Origin: Elusimicrobiota bacterium | Lineage (GTDB): Bacteria > Elusimicrobiota > Elusimicrobia > UBA1565 > UBA9628 | DNA length: 64,000 nt | Assembly (NCBI GenBank): GCA_016207665.1 | Contig: JACQPG010000050.1 | Span: 5,519-69,518 of the forward strand | Reading direction: 5' to 3' | Shown here: in pieces, positions 43,476 through 52,588 of the stretch | Layout of the letters: each line of letters begins with the position of its first letter | Position numbering within the stretch: the stretch's first letter is position 1 | Translations under genes and position numbers: made by a program | The notes under the pieces: generated by a model | The model's input: only the letters and a program-made list of their open reading frames with translations | What the model was told of the DNA's origin: nothing | The model's database searches: none

Positions 43476-44183
43476 CTAGGACGACGAAGAGGCGAGTTGC
43501 CGCAGCTTGGCCTCGTCGAGTATCAAGAGATCCTTATCCCGCTTGCGCAGCAACGAGCGTTGCTCGAAATCCTTGAGCAATCGCACCGCTGTCTCAAGCG
43601 TCAAGCCGGCCATCTCGGCGAGGTCGCGGCGCTTGAAGCCCGCCACCATGGGATGGGGCTTGCTCGAGCGCATCATGCGCAGGAGGGTGTCCGCAAGCCG
43701 TCCGCGCGCGGGCTTGAAAGCGATGTCCCGAGCCTTGTTCTCCCCTCGGCGCACGTCGCGGGCCAATTCCTTCATGAGCGCCCGGGCCGCCTGGGGAAAA
43801 CGCGAGAGGAAGTCGAAGAAATTCTTCTGATCCACCATGGAGACGGTGCTGGTTTCCAGGGCTTGGGCGGTTCCCATGTAGCTGCCTTCCTCGGAGAGAA
43901 GGGCCACGTGGCCGAGCAGGTCTCCGGGCGACTCGATGCGGGTGATGAGCTCCTGGCCGCTGCGCCCTGACTTGAATATTTTCACCTTACCCGAACACAC
44001 CACGAAGAGGGCCGCGGGCTGGGCGCCCTCATGGAATATCGACTCCCCCGGCTTGAAGCGATTTGCCACCCGCATCTCCTTCCAAACCTGCCGAGCCTCT
44101 GCCGTCCCCAGATAATCGAAGAGGCAATTCTTGCGATGAGGGCACCACTGGCAGTTGGGGGCTTCACGCTTTGAAAAGGGCAT
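43476..44183 (-). CDS. Crp/Fnr-family transcriptional regulator with N-terminal Cys cluster (FNR-like)
   Basis: 235 aa. CQWCPHRKNC near the N-terminus, cNMP-binding fold, C-terminal helix-turn-helix (RRDLAEMAGLTLETAVRLLK). Confidence 0.75.
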   Translation of the reverse strand: MPFSKREAPNCQWCPHRKNCLFDYLGTAEARQVWKEMRVANRFKPGESIFHEGAQPAALFVVCSGKVKIFKSGRSGQELITRIESPGDLLGHVALLSEEGSYMGTAQALETSTVSMVDQKNFFDFLSRFPQAARALMKELARDVRRGENKARDIAFKPARGRLADTLLRMMRSSKPHPMVAGFKRRDLAEMAGLTLETAVRLLKDFEQRSLLRKRDKDLLILDEAKLRQLASSSS

Positions 44184-44222
44184 AGCTTGAGGATCAAAAT
44201 ATCATTTTGCCGGCCGAGGCGG

Positions 44223-44783
44223 CTACTCGCCCGACAAAAGACGCTTCAGGGAGCGCCAAAGAGAGGAGGCCGATAATCCCAGGTTGCGGAAGAACTCCAC
44301 GGCGCCTACCCCCAGTCCGCCTAAGAGCCCGATGAGAAAACCTACGGCGGCGCCAAGGGCCGCTCCCGCGTCGTCGCCTCCCTTTCCGCCATCGCGGACC
44401 AGGTTAAAGCCCCAGGCGGCGGCTCTCGGAATGGCGATGGCCAGGGTTCCCGGAACCGATATCAAGGCGCGATAGAGCCGGATGATAAAACCATCATCGT
44501 GCTGGCCGTGAATATGGTCCATTCCTGGGAAATCAGCCACGATATGCTCGAGCCAATTGTCGCCCTGCCGCATGGAAAGCGGCAACTCGGGCTCGGAGAC
44601 CGGCACGGGTCTGGGACCGGTCAGATCGGGGACGCCTCCCGCGGGAGCCTGGACGGGCAAGGCCTCGGCCGGCTGGTTCAGATCGAAATCCCTGGAGGCC
44701 GCGCTCCATGCCGACTCATCCGAGGGTGGTTCGGCGCCGAGAAGAGGCGCGGCAAGGCAGAGAAGGAGAAGGCGCAAGATCAT
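44223..44783 (-). CDS. secreted/membrane hypothetical protein with C-terminal glycine-zipper TM
   Basis: 186 aa. Signal peptide MILRLLLLCLAAPLLGA. C-terminus GAALGAAVGFLIGLLGGLGVGAV. Confidence 0.5.
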   Translation of the reverse strand: MILRLLLLCLAAPLLGAEPPSDESAWSAASRDFDLNQPAEALPVQAPAGGVPDLTGPRPVPVSEPELPLSMRQGDNWLEHIVADFPGMDHIHGQHDDGFIIRLYRALISVPGTLAIAIPRAAAWGFNLVRDGGKGGDDAGAALGAAVGFLIGLLGGLGVGAVEFFRNLGLSASSLWRSLKRLLSGE

Positions 44784-46069
44784 CGCGACACCCTCCGCCG
44801 GTAGGTCGGAGAACGCGGAGTTCGAGGGATCTCCTGTCCCGGGCTGTCCAGTTCCGACAGCAGGAATTTGAATCGCCGCGGGCCTCCGTCCGGCTCGAAA
44901 TAGTGGCGCGCGGCCACGCTCGCGATGATCTCATCCCCGATGGCGCCCTCGAGCGAACCGGCCTCGATGGCCACGTCCAACACCTCGACCGCTTTGCCGG
45001 CCCTGTTCGTGAAGTGGAGAGTCCAGCTTCCATTACCGGAAGGCCGAGCGATCGCGTTCAGGCCGTGAGGGAAGAAGAGCGCTTGGTCGACCGAGCCTAT
45101 GCGCACGGCCCGATAGGCGGGTCCTCCGAAAGAATCATGGGGCCGATCCGCCGGGAAATCGCCGAAGGAATCATGGATGATGAAATAAGCGCTCTCGGCC
45201 CACTCCGATTCATCGCGGTTGCGCGAGCAATCAAAGGGACCCTGTCCCGGCTTAAGGCAAAAGTAGCCGATGGCTGCCGTAGTGTGCGACCCGGTCAGCC
45301 GAGGATTCTTTTGATCCTCGAGTTGCACGTAAGCGATGCCCCATTTCTCTAGGCCCCGGACCAGGAGCTCAGCCTTATCCTGGGACGTTTTCCCCTCCAG
45401 GAAACGATTGGTAAAGAGTTGCACGTAACGGCCTTCCATCACGTCGTCGGGATGAAACGCCAGTTTCTCCCCCGTCACGGGATCCACCGCCACGTAGGGT
45501 CGATCCTCGATGAGAAGCTCGGCGAATCCCCTTGGCTGGATCGGGACCGAGATTCGCCTGACCGGATCCATGGTGAAAAGGCGGGGAACGAGCAGGTAGT
45601 ACGGGTCCTGGCGCTGCGCCCTCCGGAAATATTCCAGCTCTATGAGCCGCGGGTTCAACCCGCGCTCCTCGCGCCCATTATTGGCGTTGCGATAGAGCGG
45701 TAGCTCGCGGCCCAACTGCAACGCCCACCAATCATAAACCGTGCTTGCGCCGAAGGAGAGGCAGGTATAAGGCACATAATCCGATCCTGGGGTGTAGACC
45801 CATTCGGGCATCTTATGCCGCCGATTCGCGTTTCCGGACCTGATCGCCTCGTTGATCTCCTCCAGGCGCTCCAAGGTGAGTCCTTGGTTCTTGTGAAAGA
45901 GCTGTTCGTAGCCCTTGATCAGCACATGCTCCATCCCGGCCAGCGCCTCCAGGTCCAGGCCGAAGCGAGGCGCGGGGGCGTCATCGTGGCGCTCGGGATG
46001 GAGTACTCGGGGGGCGCTATGGGACAGCGTCGCGAGAAAGGCCGCAGCGATCAGGACGGCGAGCGTCAT
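44780..46069 (-). CDS. secreted hypothetical protein (possible Cys/His hydrolase-like)
   Basis: 429 aa. Signal peptide MTLAVLIAAAFLATLSHSA. Conserved-looking C (YTCLSFGAS) and H (GSHTTAAIGY) residues; no confident family match. Confidence 0.5.
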   Translation of the reverse strand: MTLAVLIAAAFLATLSHSAPRVLHPERHDDAPAPRFGLDLEALAGMEHVLIKGYEQLFHKNQGLTLERLEEINEAIRSGNANRRHKMPEWVYTPGSDYVPYTCLSFGASTVYDWWALQLGRELPLYRNANNGREERGLNPRLIELEYFRRAQRQDPYYLLVPRLFTMDPVRRISVPIQPRGFAELLIEDRPYVAVDPVTGEKLAFHPDDVMEGRYVQLFTNRFLEGKTSQDKAELLVRGLEKWGIAYVQLEDQKNPRLTGSHTTAAIGYFCLKPGQGPFDCSRNRDESEWAESAYFIIHDSFGDFPADRPHDSFGGPAYRAVRIGSVDQALFFPHGLNAIARPSGNGSWTLHFTNRAGKAVEVLDVAIEAGSLEGAIGDEIIASVAARHYFEPDGGPRRFKFLLSELDSPGQEIPRTPRSPTYRRRVSR

Positions 46070-46145
46070 CCGGCAATTCTAGGATTTCGCAGCCATCCAG
46101 GCATGGGACCTTGAGGTAAGGCGGGCCAAGGCAAAGGGCCCACGG

Positions 46146-46382
46146 TTATCGTATCACCGCCAGGACTCCGCGCGCCCGCCGGCCCAGCCCGTCGGTTCCC
46201 AGATAGAGATAGAGTCCCGAGGCCACTTTCTGACCCGCGTCGTTGTTGAGGTCCCAGCCGTCTTCGGCGGGGATGGTGCGCACCCAGCGGCCAGGCCCGT
46301 GATCCTGATCGGGGCCGAGCCATGGCGATCGGCGCGCCAGGGGTTGGGGAAAGCCAATACGGTTAAGCAGAGCACTGTCCAT
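46146..46382 (-). pseudogene. orphan fragment encoding a T9SS/FlgD-Ig-like C-terminal sorting-domain remnant
   Basis: 78-aa ORF ending ...WVRTIPAEDGWDLNNDAGQKVASGLYLYLGTDGLGRRARGVLAVIR matches the Por_Secre_tail/FlgD_ig consensus (WDG.D..G..v.sGvY.y). No room exists for the rest of the protein: the antiporter gene starts at 46454. Confidence 0.45.
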
Positions 46383-46453
46383 AATGAGGCGCGCATGGAT
46401 TGGACCGTAGCAGTTCCGAGATTGACTTCCCGCGCCGGCTCTGTTAGATAATT

Positions 46454-48469
46454 ATGATGACCGCCTCGGCGTTTCTCCAGGATCTCACGGTGGTATTGAC
46501 CACGGCCGCGGCCGTCATTTTCCTGTTCCGTAAGCTGGGCCAGCCCCCGGTGCTGGGATATCTGGCGGCCGGCTTGCTCATCGGCCCATACACCCCCCTT
46601 AGGATGTTCGTTTCGGATGTGCTGAGCCTCGAGGCCTTGGCGCAGATCGGAGTGATTTTCCTTCTCTTCGCCCTGGGAATCGAGTTCAATCTCGATCGGC
46701 TCTCAAAAATCGGGATCCGGGCCCTGATCTGCGCCCTCATCGAGGCGGCCATGCTCGTCCCCTTGGGCTATCTGGTCGGGCGCTGGCTGGGCTGGCGTCC
46801 CATGGAAAGTCTGCTGCTGGGCGGGATCGTGGCCCTGGCCAGCACGGCCCTGGTGGCCCGCACCTTGCTGGAGAGATCGCGCTCTCCCTCGGGTTGGGAG
46901 GCATTGGCCTCGGGCACGCTCATCGCCGAGGATATGATCGCCGTGCTGCTTGTGGCTTTTTTCTCATCGGCCCCGGCTTCCGACGGGCTGAGCCTGGCGG
47001 GGCTGTGGCCCTCCATGGTGCGTCTCACCGTGCTGGTCACGTTCGTGTTGATCATAGGGCTGCTCGCCTTCCCTAGGCTATTCGCGGCCTTGGAGAGGTT
47101 CGGCGTGGCCGAGATCAGGACATTGATGATCATCGGCATATGCTTCGGGATCTCGCTCATCACCGAAAAGCTCGGTTTTTCGGCCGCCCTCGGCGCTTTC
47201 TTGGCGGGCGCGACCGTGGCCACGGGCGGATCGGCCGGCCGGCTCGACCAAGTGGTCACGCCTTTCAAGGACCTTTTCGGCGCGGTGTTCTTCGTTTCCG
47301 TGGGCATGTTGATCGATCCGGCTTGGGTGCTCTCGCATTGGCAGATCACCTGCGCTCTGGGGTTGGCGGTGATAGCGGCCCGGGCCTATGCCAATTTCAT
47401 CGCTTTCCTGGCGGTGGGCGAGACCAAGTCCAGCTCGGCCCAGGCGGCGCTGGCACGCCTGCCGATCGGGGAGTTCTCCTTCATACTGGCCCAGGTCGGA
47501 CAGGCCCAGGGGGTTTCCGACAAGCCGGTCTATCCCCTGGCCGTCACTCTTTGCCTCTTCACCACCACGGCGTCTTCCTTTCTGTTTCCCCGCTCCCTCA
47601 AGCCCGGAGGGCTGGCCTGGATATTTCCGGGCTTTAATGGAGCCTGGTTGAGCCGTTATCAGCGCCGGGTGAAGGACCTGGCCTTGCCCGAGCGCCAGGC
47701 GCTTGTGTGGCGCTTGATTAGGCCCTCCCTCTTGCAGATCTTGATCAATGGTCTGATCATCACGGGGCTCTTTTTCGCCGCCCCGGCCGTCGAGAGACGT
47801 TACGCCTGGTCCTTGGATATTCCGGGAGCATCCTGGCTCGCCGCGGCGATGCTGTCCCTCCCGTTCCTCCTCGCCCTTTTCCGCAAGACGCACGCCGTCA
47901 TGCTCGTCATCCTCGAGGCCGCGATCTCGCAGCCGGGCCGGGACCCGGTCGGGCTTAACCCCTTCTGGGCCAGGCTCGCGCTGGGCTTCTCCATGCTGGT
48001 GGTGGGAGCCTGGTATTTGAGCTTGAGCGCCGATCTACTGCCGGGATGGCCCCATGCCGCTCTGCCCGTCTCGCTGTTGGCCATCGCCGTGCTCTTGCTT
48101 TGGCGCTACATGAACCGCCTCTATTCCCGAATCCAGGTGGCCTTGCGCGACGGGCTGGCGCGCAAGCATGTCGAGCCGGAGGCCGCGACCAAGGCCCTGC
48201 TGCACTTCGTCAGCGCGTTGACCCCGGAGAGTGTCCATATCAACTCAATCGTGCTCGAGCCCGGCTGCTGGGCTCAGGGCCGATCCATCCGAGAGATCGA
48301 GTTGAGGTCCAAGTCTGGGGCGAGCATTCTCCAGATCAGCCGCGGTGGCGAGATGCTCCCCGCGCCGGGTCCGGAGCTGCGTCTTCACGAGGGCGACAAG
48401 CTTCTCTTGATCGGAGAGGATGAGCAGATCGAAAAAGCCCGAGCCGTGCTCTTCACCGGCGGCCTTTGA
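46454..48469 (+). CDS. CPA2-family cation:proton antiporter with C-terminal TrkA-C/RCK_C domain
   Basis: 671 aa. 12-13 TMs (Kef/NapA-like N-terminus). C-terminal ...IREIELRSKSGASILQISRGGEMLPAPGPELRLHEGDKLLLIGE. Confidence 0.85.
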   Translation: MMTASAFLQDLTVVLTTAAAVIFLFRKLGQPPVLGYLAAGLLIGPYTPLRMFVSDVLSLEALAQIGVIFLLFALGIEFNLDRLSKIGIRALICALIEAAMLVPLGYLVGRWLGWRPMESLLLGGIVALASTALVARTLLERSRSPSGWEALASGTLIAEDMIAVLLVAFFSSAPASDGLSLAGLWPSMVRLTVLVTFVLIIGLLAFPRLFAALERFGVAEIRTLMIIGICFGISLITEKLGFSAALGAFLAGATVATGGSAGRLDQVVTPFKDLFGAVFFVSVGMLIDPAWVLSHWQITCALGLAVIAARAYANFIAFLAVGETKSSSAQAALARLPIGEFSFILAQVGQAQGVSDKPVYPLAVTLCLFTTTASSFLFPRSLKPGGLAWIFPGFNGAWLSRYQRRVKDLALPERQALVWRLIRPSLLQILINGLIITGLFFAAPAVERRYAWSLDIPGASWLAAAMLSLPFLLALFRKTHAVMLVILEAAISQPGRDPVGLNPFWARLALGFSMLVVGAWYLSLSADLLPGWPHAALPVSLLAIAVLLLWRYMNRLYSRIQVALRDGLARKHVEPEAATKALLHFVSALTPESVHINSIVLEPGCWAQGRSIREIELRSKSGASILQISRGGEMLPAPGPELRLHEGDKLLLIGEDEQIEKARAVLFTGGL

Positions 48470-48474
48470 GTTCT

Positions 48475-48483
48475 TGCTATAAT
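48475..48483 (+). promoter_or_regulatory. extended -10 element TGCTATAAT
   Basis: Exact TGnTATAAT match about 115 nt upstream of the atoE-like start. Confidence 0.45.
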
Positions 48484-48598
48484 CTCGAAGTCCCATGCCG
48501 CGGTGGTCGCGTTTTCGCTGTCACGACGGCAGTCGAGGTCGGGATCGACACGACCGGACTGCAGGCCAGGTTGCGCGTCTGAGCGCGATCAGGGACAA

Positions 48599-49405
48599 AT
48601 GCCCTTCCTGACTCGGGCCGCTCTTCGCCTGACGGATTTCTCCGGGCGCTATGTTCCCGGCGCCTTCGTCATCGCGTGCCTGTTGACCGCGATCACCTTC
48701 GCCCTGGCGCTGTCCGTGGCCGGCCGCTCTGTGGCGGCGACCGTCGGCTATTGGGGAGACGGAGTCTGGACCTTGCTCGAGTTCGGCATGCAGATGGCGT
48801 TGATCATGGTCACGGGCTCCATACTCGCCGACTCGCCTCATTTGCGCCGCGGGCTCGACGCCTTGGCCGCGGTCGCAGCCTCGCTGTTGCTGTTGGCGTG
48901 GGCTCTCTATCCCAGCCGCCGCGAGGATGTCTTTACGTTGAGCGCGGAACAGCTTCAGGCTCTGGAGGACGAGAGCCCTCCCGAGCCATTCTCGCCGCCC
49001 TCCCGTTTTATCGCTTGGGCCGAGGACAGCTGGGCTCTCTGCGCGTTCTTGGGCGGGCTGGGTCTGGCCTGGCTGGCCAGGGATTGCGCGCTTCACGGCA
49101 TGGCCCTCACCCTCAACAAGCTCAATCTGGCTTTCTTTTCAGCGGCCTTGCTGCTTCATCCCAGTCCACGCTCTTTCGCTCGTTCCGCCGAGAAGGCGGC
49201 GGGCTACGTTCATGGGGTCATCGTCCAGTTTCCGCTGTATGCGGGCATGTACGGCATTATCAAGGGTTCGGGCCTCGACCAGGCGATCGGCGCCTGGTTC
49301 GTGAGCTGCGCGACCCCGGCGACCTTCCCTCTGGTGGTCTATTGGTATTCCGGGGTGTTGAACTATTTCATACCTTCCGGAGGATCGAAGTTCGCGGGCA
49401 TTTAA
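48599..49405 (+). pseudogene. short-chain fatty acid transporter (AtoE family), apparently C-terminally truncated
   Basis: 268 aa from MPFLTRAALRL. AtoE-like motifs (FGMQMALIMVTGSILADSP, FIPSGGSKF). Family members are about 440-470 aa; here a stop at 49403 is followed 20 nt later by a convergent GNAT gene. Confidence 0.5.
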
Positions 49406-49425
49406 TTGGCGGGACGGCCTGGAGA

Positions 49426-49941
49426 TCACGGCCGCCACTGATGCTTAAGAAGGCCGAACAGCACTTCATTGACGGGATGGCCATTGATGAGATAATGCTC
49501 CCGCAAAAGGCCCTCCCTTCTGAAACCGAGCCGGTCGAGCAACCTGCAGGACGCGAGGTTCTGGTCGTGCACGAAGGCGATCAATCGGCGCAGCGACGAC
49601 TCTTGGAAGGTCTTTTGAAGCAACAGGCGGACGGCGGCCGTGCCGATCCCCAATCCCTGGTACTGCTCATCGATGCCGTAACCGACCTCCGCGTAGAGCA
49701 TCGAGCGGCTGATATTCTTTATGGAGACGTTGCCTACCACCGAGTCATCGGTCTTGATGAACCAACGATAGCGCTCGAATCCCGGCTCGGCCAGGTCGCT
49801 TCCCTCGGAGGCCAGCATCTTGTCTATATCCATGATGCTCATCGGCTCCAGCGGGTTATGGAGGGTCGCCGAAGGTTGTTTCCTCCATTCGAAGAACAGC
49901 TTGGCGAAGTCCGGCCTATAAGGGACAAGCTCGATCTTCAT
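49426..49941 (-). CDS. GNAT-family N-acetyltransferase (RimL-like)
   Basis: 171 aa. Acetyl-CoA binding QGLGIGTAAVRLLL. Confidence 0.8.
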   Translation of the reverse strand: MKIELVPYRPDFAKLFFEWRKQPSATLHNPLEPMSIMDIDKMLASEGSDLAEPGFERYRWFIKTDDSVVGNVSIKNISRSMLYAEVGYGIDEQYQGLGIGTAAVRLLLQKTFQESSLRRLIAFVHDQNLASCRLLDRLGFRREGLLREHYLINGHPVNEVLFGLLKHQWRP

Positions 49942-49988
49942 CGATTGATTATGCCAAAGGCGGGTCTTTCAGTCGATGAGTTTGTCGT

Positions 49989-50561
49989 TTAGGGCGGCAA
50001 GGCCTTGCCGAGAATGCCGGCTCGCCCCACCAATCCCAGCCTTCCGCTGTCGAGCGATCCCCCGGGCTGATTGCCCAAGAGAAGATACGCTTCGGGCGGG
50101 ATACAGCTATCATGGCTTTTCTGGTATGCGGAAAGCACGCTCCGGGCCCGCTCATCGAAACGGTAGGCCATCCCCTCGCTGTTGACGGCCAAGGCTCCAT
50201 TGATCCAAAGAGACCAGCTTCCGGCCTTCTCTTTGAGTTCGAAGCGATCCCCGGGAACGGCCTTGACTATCTTGATCGACGGGGTCTCTCTCCCCGAGTG
50301 GCGGAACAACACCCACTCTCCCCTTCTGGGTCGGCGGCAGCGATAATAACCCATCAGCACGTCCACCTTCTGCCCGGGCTCGAGCAGCCCGGCCATGGAG
50401 CGGCCGCGCACCGAGCGCTGCTCGAGCGCCACCAGGCAGGCCAATAGGCCCGCGCCTATCTGCGGCACAAGGTCTGATAGACGCAACGGTAACGGCAGCC
50501 TGGAAAGCCCGAGGCGATCCACACCGGCCAGCTGCTCAGGCCGGTCCAGCCCGACGGGCAA
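49989..50561 (-). CDS. small S26-family signal peptidase I (TraF/SipW-size)
   Basis: GRSMAGLLEPGQ (Ser-Met catalytic box), IKIVKAVPGDRF, YLLLGNQPGGSLDSGRLGLV (GDNRxxSxDSR-like). The 5' end overlaps the upstream gene; the true start may be the GTG at 50468. Confidence 0.65.
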   Translation of the reverse strand: MPVGLDRPEQLAGVDRLGLSRLPLPLRLSDLVPQIGAGLLACLVALEQRSVRGRSMAGLLEPGQKVDVLMGYYRCRRPRRGEWVLFRHSGRETPSIKIVKAVPGDRFELKEKAGSWSLWINGALAVNSEGMAYRFDERARSVLSAYQKSHDSCIPPEAYLLLGNQPGGSLDSGRLGLVGRAGILGKALPP

Positions 50562-50965
50562 GTCAGGGGCAATATCGCGGGACAGGTCGGGTCGCCGCGG
50601 CAGATGGCCGCGTCGGGCGTGATATGGGCGTCGCTCCCGACCGTGGCCGCGTCCACGTATTCCTTATTGGCCGCGTCGCTATCGAGCAGCGGCAGACCCA
50701 CGTTTTGTACGCGATAGATCGCCGCGCCTCCCACCAAAGAAAGGCTCAGGTCGCCGTTGACCTCGAGCTTGGTCGCCGGGCTGCTGGTGCCTATGCCGAC
50801 GTTCTGCCCGTCGCGCGCCAGGATGGAACGGCCGGTGGTGATGATCTGCGTGTAGACGCCGGAAGGAGCCGGATAGTAGGTGGAAAGCGTGACATTCTCG
50901 GAGGCGGTGTGTTCAAAGGCGAAAAAAACGAGAGCAAAAGCCCAAAGAGCGTTTTGTCGTTTCAC
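50456..50965 (-). CDS. secreted Cys-rich protein with phage tail-fibre-like motifs
   Basis: 169 aa. Signal peptide; YYPAPSGVY, GQNVGIGTSSPATKLEVNGDLSL and ANKEYVDAA motifs as seen in tail-fibre-domain proteins. Eight Cys in the last 45 residues. Confidence 0.5.
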   Translation of the reverse strand: MKRQNALWAFALVFFAFEHTASENVTLSTYYPAPSGVYTQIITTGRSILARDGQNVGIGTSSPATKLEVNGDLSLSLVGGAAIYRVQNVGLPLLDSDAANKEYVDAATVGSDAHITPDAAICRGDPTCPAILPLTCPSGWTGLSSWPVWIASGFPGCRYRCVYQTLCRR

Positions 50966-51036
50966 GAAGAGTTGTAATATAGATAATTAAGCTCCTTCCT
51001 TCAAGCCCTTTGCCGCGACCTCGTGGTGCACAGACC

Positions 51037-51255
51037 CTATTTGCTTTTCGTGTTCTGGAACATCTTCCCGAAGTCTTTAAGGCTTTGGGGGACTGCGACT
51101 TCCATGTCCCGCTCGGCGGGGATGTGGGGACCGATTTTTTTGATAGTGACTTTCATGCCGGCTTCGGAAATCATGGCGGCCAGGAAAATCCCGAATAATC
51201 CGGCGGCATATAGGCTGAAATGTCTTTTGATCATCGCCACCTCGCTTTTCCCCAT
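51037..51255 (-). CDS. small hypothetical membrane protein
   Basis: 72 aa with one hydrophobic helix (LYAAGLFGIFLAAMI). Lies in a low-GC stretch. Weak call. Confidence 0.25.
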   Translation of the reverse strand: MGKSEVAMIKRHFSLYAAGLFGIFLAAMISEAGMKVTIKKIGPHIPAERDMEVAVPQSLKDFGKMFQNTKSK

Positions 51256-51347
51256 ATCAGCTCAATATTTGGAGGCGGGGACGATGTAGGGTATGAGAAC
51301 GGGTTCTTGCGGCGCTGTCTCCCAGCCCGGCGATCCGGAGGCGATCC

Positions 51348-51914
51348 TTAACGCTCAGCGCTAGCTAGATTAGGCAAGGGATGGCGCTCAAAAAAATCCC
51401 ACATCGCCTCGCTGGCTGAAATATCGGTGGTAGTGTGTCCGAGACGGCGTTCCAATATGGCCGTGCCGCCGGGCCAGGTATGGCCGCCCCCCTCCACTTG
51501 GCAGTAGACCAGATCGGTCCCCGCTGAGCATGGGCCATGGCTGGTGCAGGTGACTTCTCCCTTCTGGTACGTGAGCCGGCCCGTGGACGAACACTGATTT
51601 CGCTTGACCCAAGACCGGATCGTATCGGCCATGGGAGGGAAGGCCCTGCGTGGACCCGCTTTTGGATTCAATCCGCCTTCGATCGGTACGGATTTGTCCC
51701 TGGTTCCATGAAATATCATGAGCGAGATAGGACGCGTTGGACGGCAGTCCTCAAGCATGGGCGCAGCCGCGACCGGAGCGATCGCAGCCACCTTGTGCGA
51801 TAGATCGCAGGCCAATCGGTAAGCCATGATGCCTCCATTGGAGAGCCCGGATATCATGAACAACAAGAATGTTATGAGAACTATATAATGCGCTCGTGGA
51901 AACAAGCAGAACAT
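51348..51914 (-). pseudogene. 5'-truncated PHB-depolymerase-family esterase (LpqC-like alpha/beta hydrolase) fragment
   Basis: The ORF begins only about 22 codons before the nucleophile elbow GLSNGG. The rest matches LpqC-like esterases (RLACD...AAIAPVA...IFHGTRDKSVP...GGGHTWPGG). The roughly 110 N-terminal residues with signal peptide are missing. The 5' end abuts the tRNA-His 3' end. Confidence 0.6.
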
Positions 51915-51944
51915 TAAAATTTGGTCATGGTGTTCCGGGCAAAA

Positions 51945-52022
51945 TGGGGTGACTGACGGGATTTGAACCCGCGACCTCGTGGTTCACAGCCACGCGCTCT
52001 AACCAGCTGAGCTACAGCCACC
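51945..52022 (-). tRNA. tRNA-His (anticodon GTG) with encoded G-1 and CCA
   Basis: Minus-strand sequence G-GTGGCTG-TA-GCTC-AGCTGGTTA-GAGC-G-CGTGG-CTGTGAA-CCACG-AGGTC-GCGGG-TTCAAAT-CCCGT-CAGTCAC-C-CCA folds as a canonical cloverleaf. Extra 5' G pairs with C73, as expected for His. Confidence 0.9.
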
Positions 52023-52066
52023 GCAAAGCGGTGCAGTCGCCGAAGGCGGCGGTCACCGGCGAGAAA

Positions 52067-52540
52067 TTATAGCACTATGCGAGTGACCGTCTCCAGGACG
52101 GCGAAGGCGTGCCCCTTGGGCCTCGAGCGTAGGCATTTCTTCCAGAAAGCGATCTCGTTGGGCGACTGTTGCGAAAGATAGTGGATCCACAGCCGAGCGA
52201 GCAGCCCGCTGAAGGCCCATTGCGAAATGCGTTCATGCAGCGTGCTCCTGTGGCCGAAATCCTGCGGGAGGCGGCGCCAAGAGGCTCCATGCGCCAGAAG
52301 CCAAAGCAGCGCTTCGAAGCAGAGGCGATCATCATGTCTGGGTCGTCCCCCCTTTCTGAGGTGTTTAAGTTTCGGTTCTCTCTTTGGCGGGGGTAGATTT
52401 CTGGCGAGTTGGGTCCATTGTAGGTTGCTTAAAGGCAACCAGGCCCGGCATGCTGGGGACGATTTCAGACATTCCGAAGAGGGGTTTTCGGACAGAGGCA
52501 GATCTATGGATTCTCCGGTTGTTTCGGCGTTAAAATCCAT
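52067..52540 (-). mobile_element. IS5/IS1182-group transposase N-terminal (DUF4096-like) fragment; DDE domain absent
   Basis: LSNLQWTQLARNLPPPK...GRPRHDDRLCFEALLWLLAHGASWRRLPQDFGHRSTLHERISQWAFSGLLARLW matches the DUF4096 pattern of IS5-family OrfA. The ORF stops 45 nt from the tRNA-His 5' end. Confidence 0.6.
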
Positions 52541-52588
52541 TTATTTTGATACGATCGGCTGAAAAAATAGTTCGCTGTCCGAAAACCC
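52482..52588. repeat. 14-bp perfect inverted repeat pair GGGTTTTCGGACAG / CTGTCCGAAAACCC separated by 79 bp
   Basis: Seen in sequence at 52482-52495 and 52575-52588, at the 5' side of the IS5-like fragment in a lower-GC spacer. Confidence 0.6.

Noticed and set aside
48676-49992. 438-aa plus-strand ORF spanning atoE-like and GNAT loci
   Set aside because: It is out of frame with the AtoE-like motifs and antisense to the GNAT gene. Its composition is low-complexity Arg/Gly-rich.
50966-51350. Low-GC stretch considered as a possible small RNA or riboswitch
   Set aside because: No recognisable conserved RNA motif or stable structure was evident by eye. It more likely holds promoter/intergenic DNA of the decayed islet and a possible 72-aa ORF (reported with low confidence).
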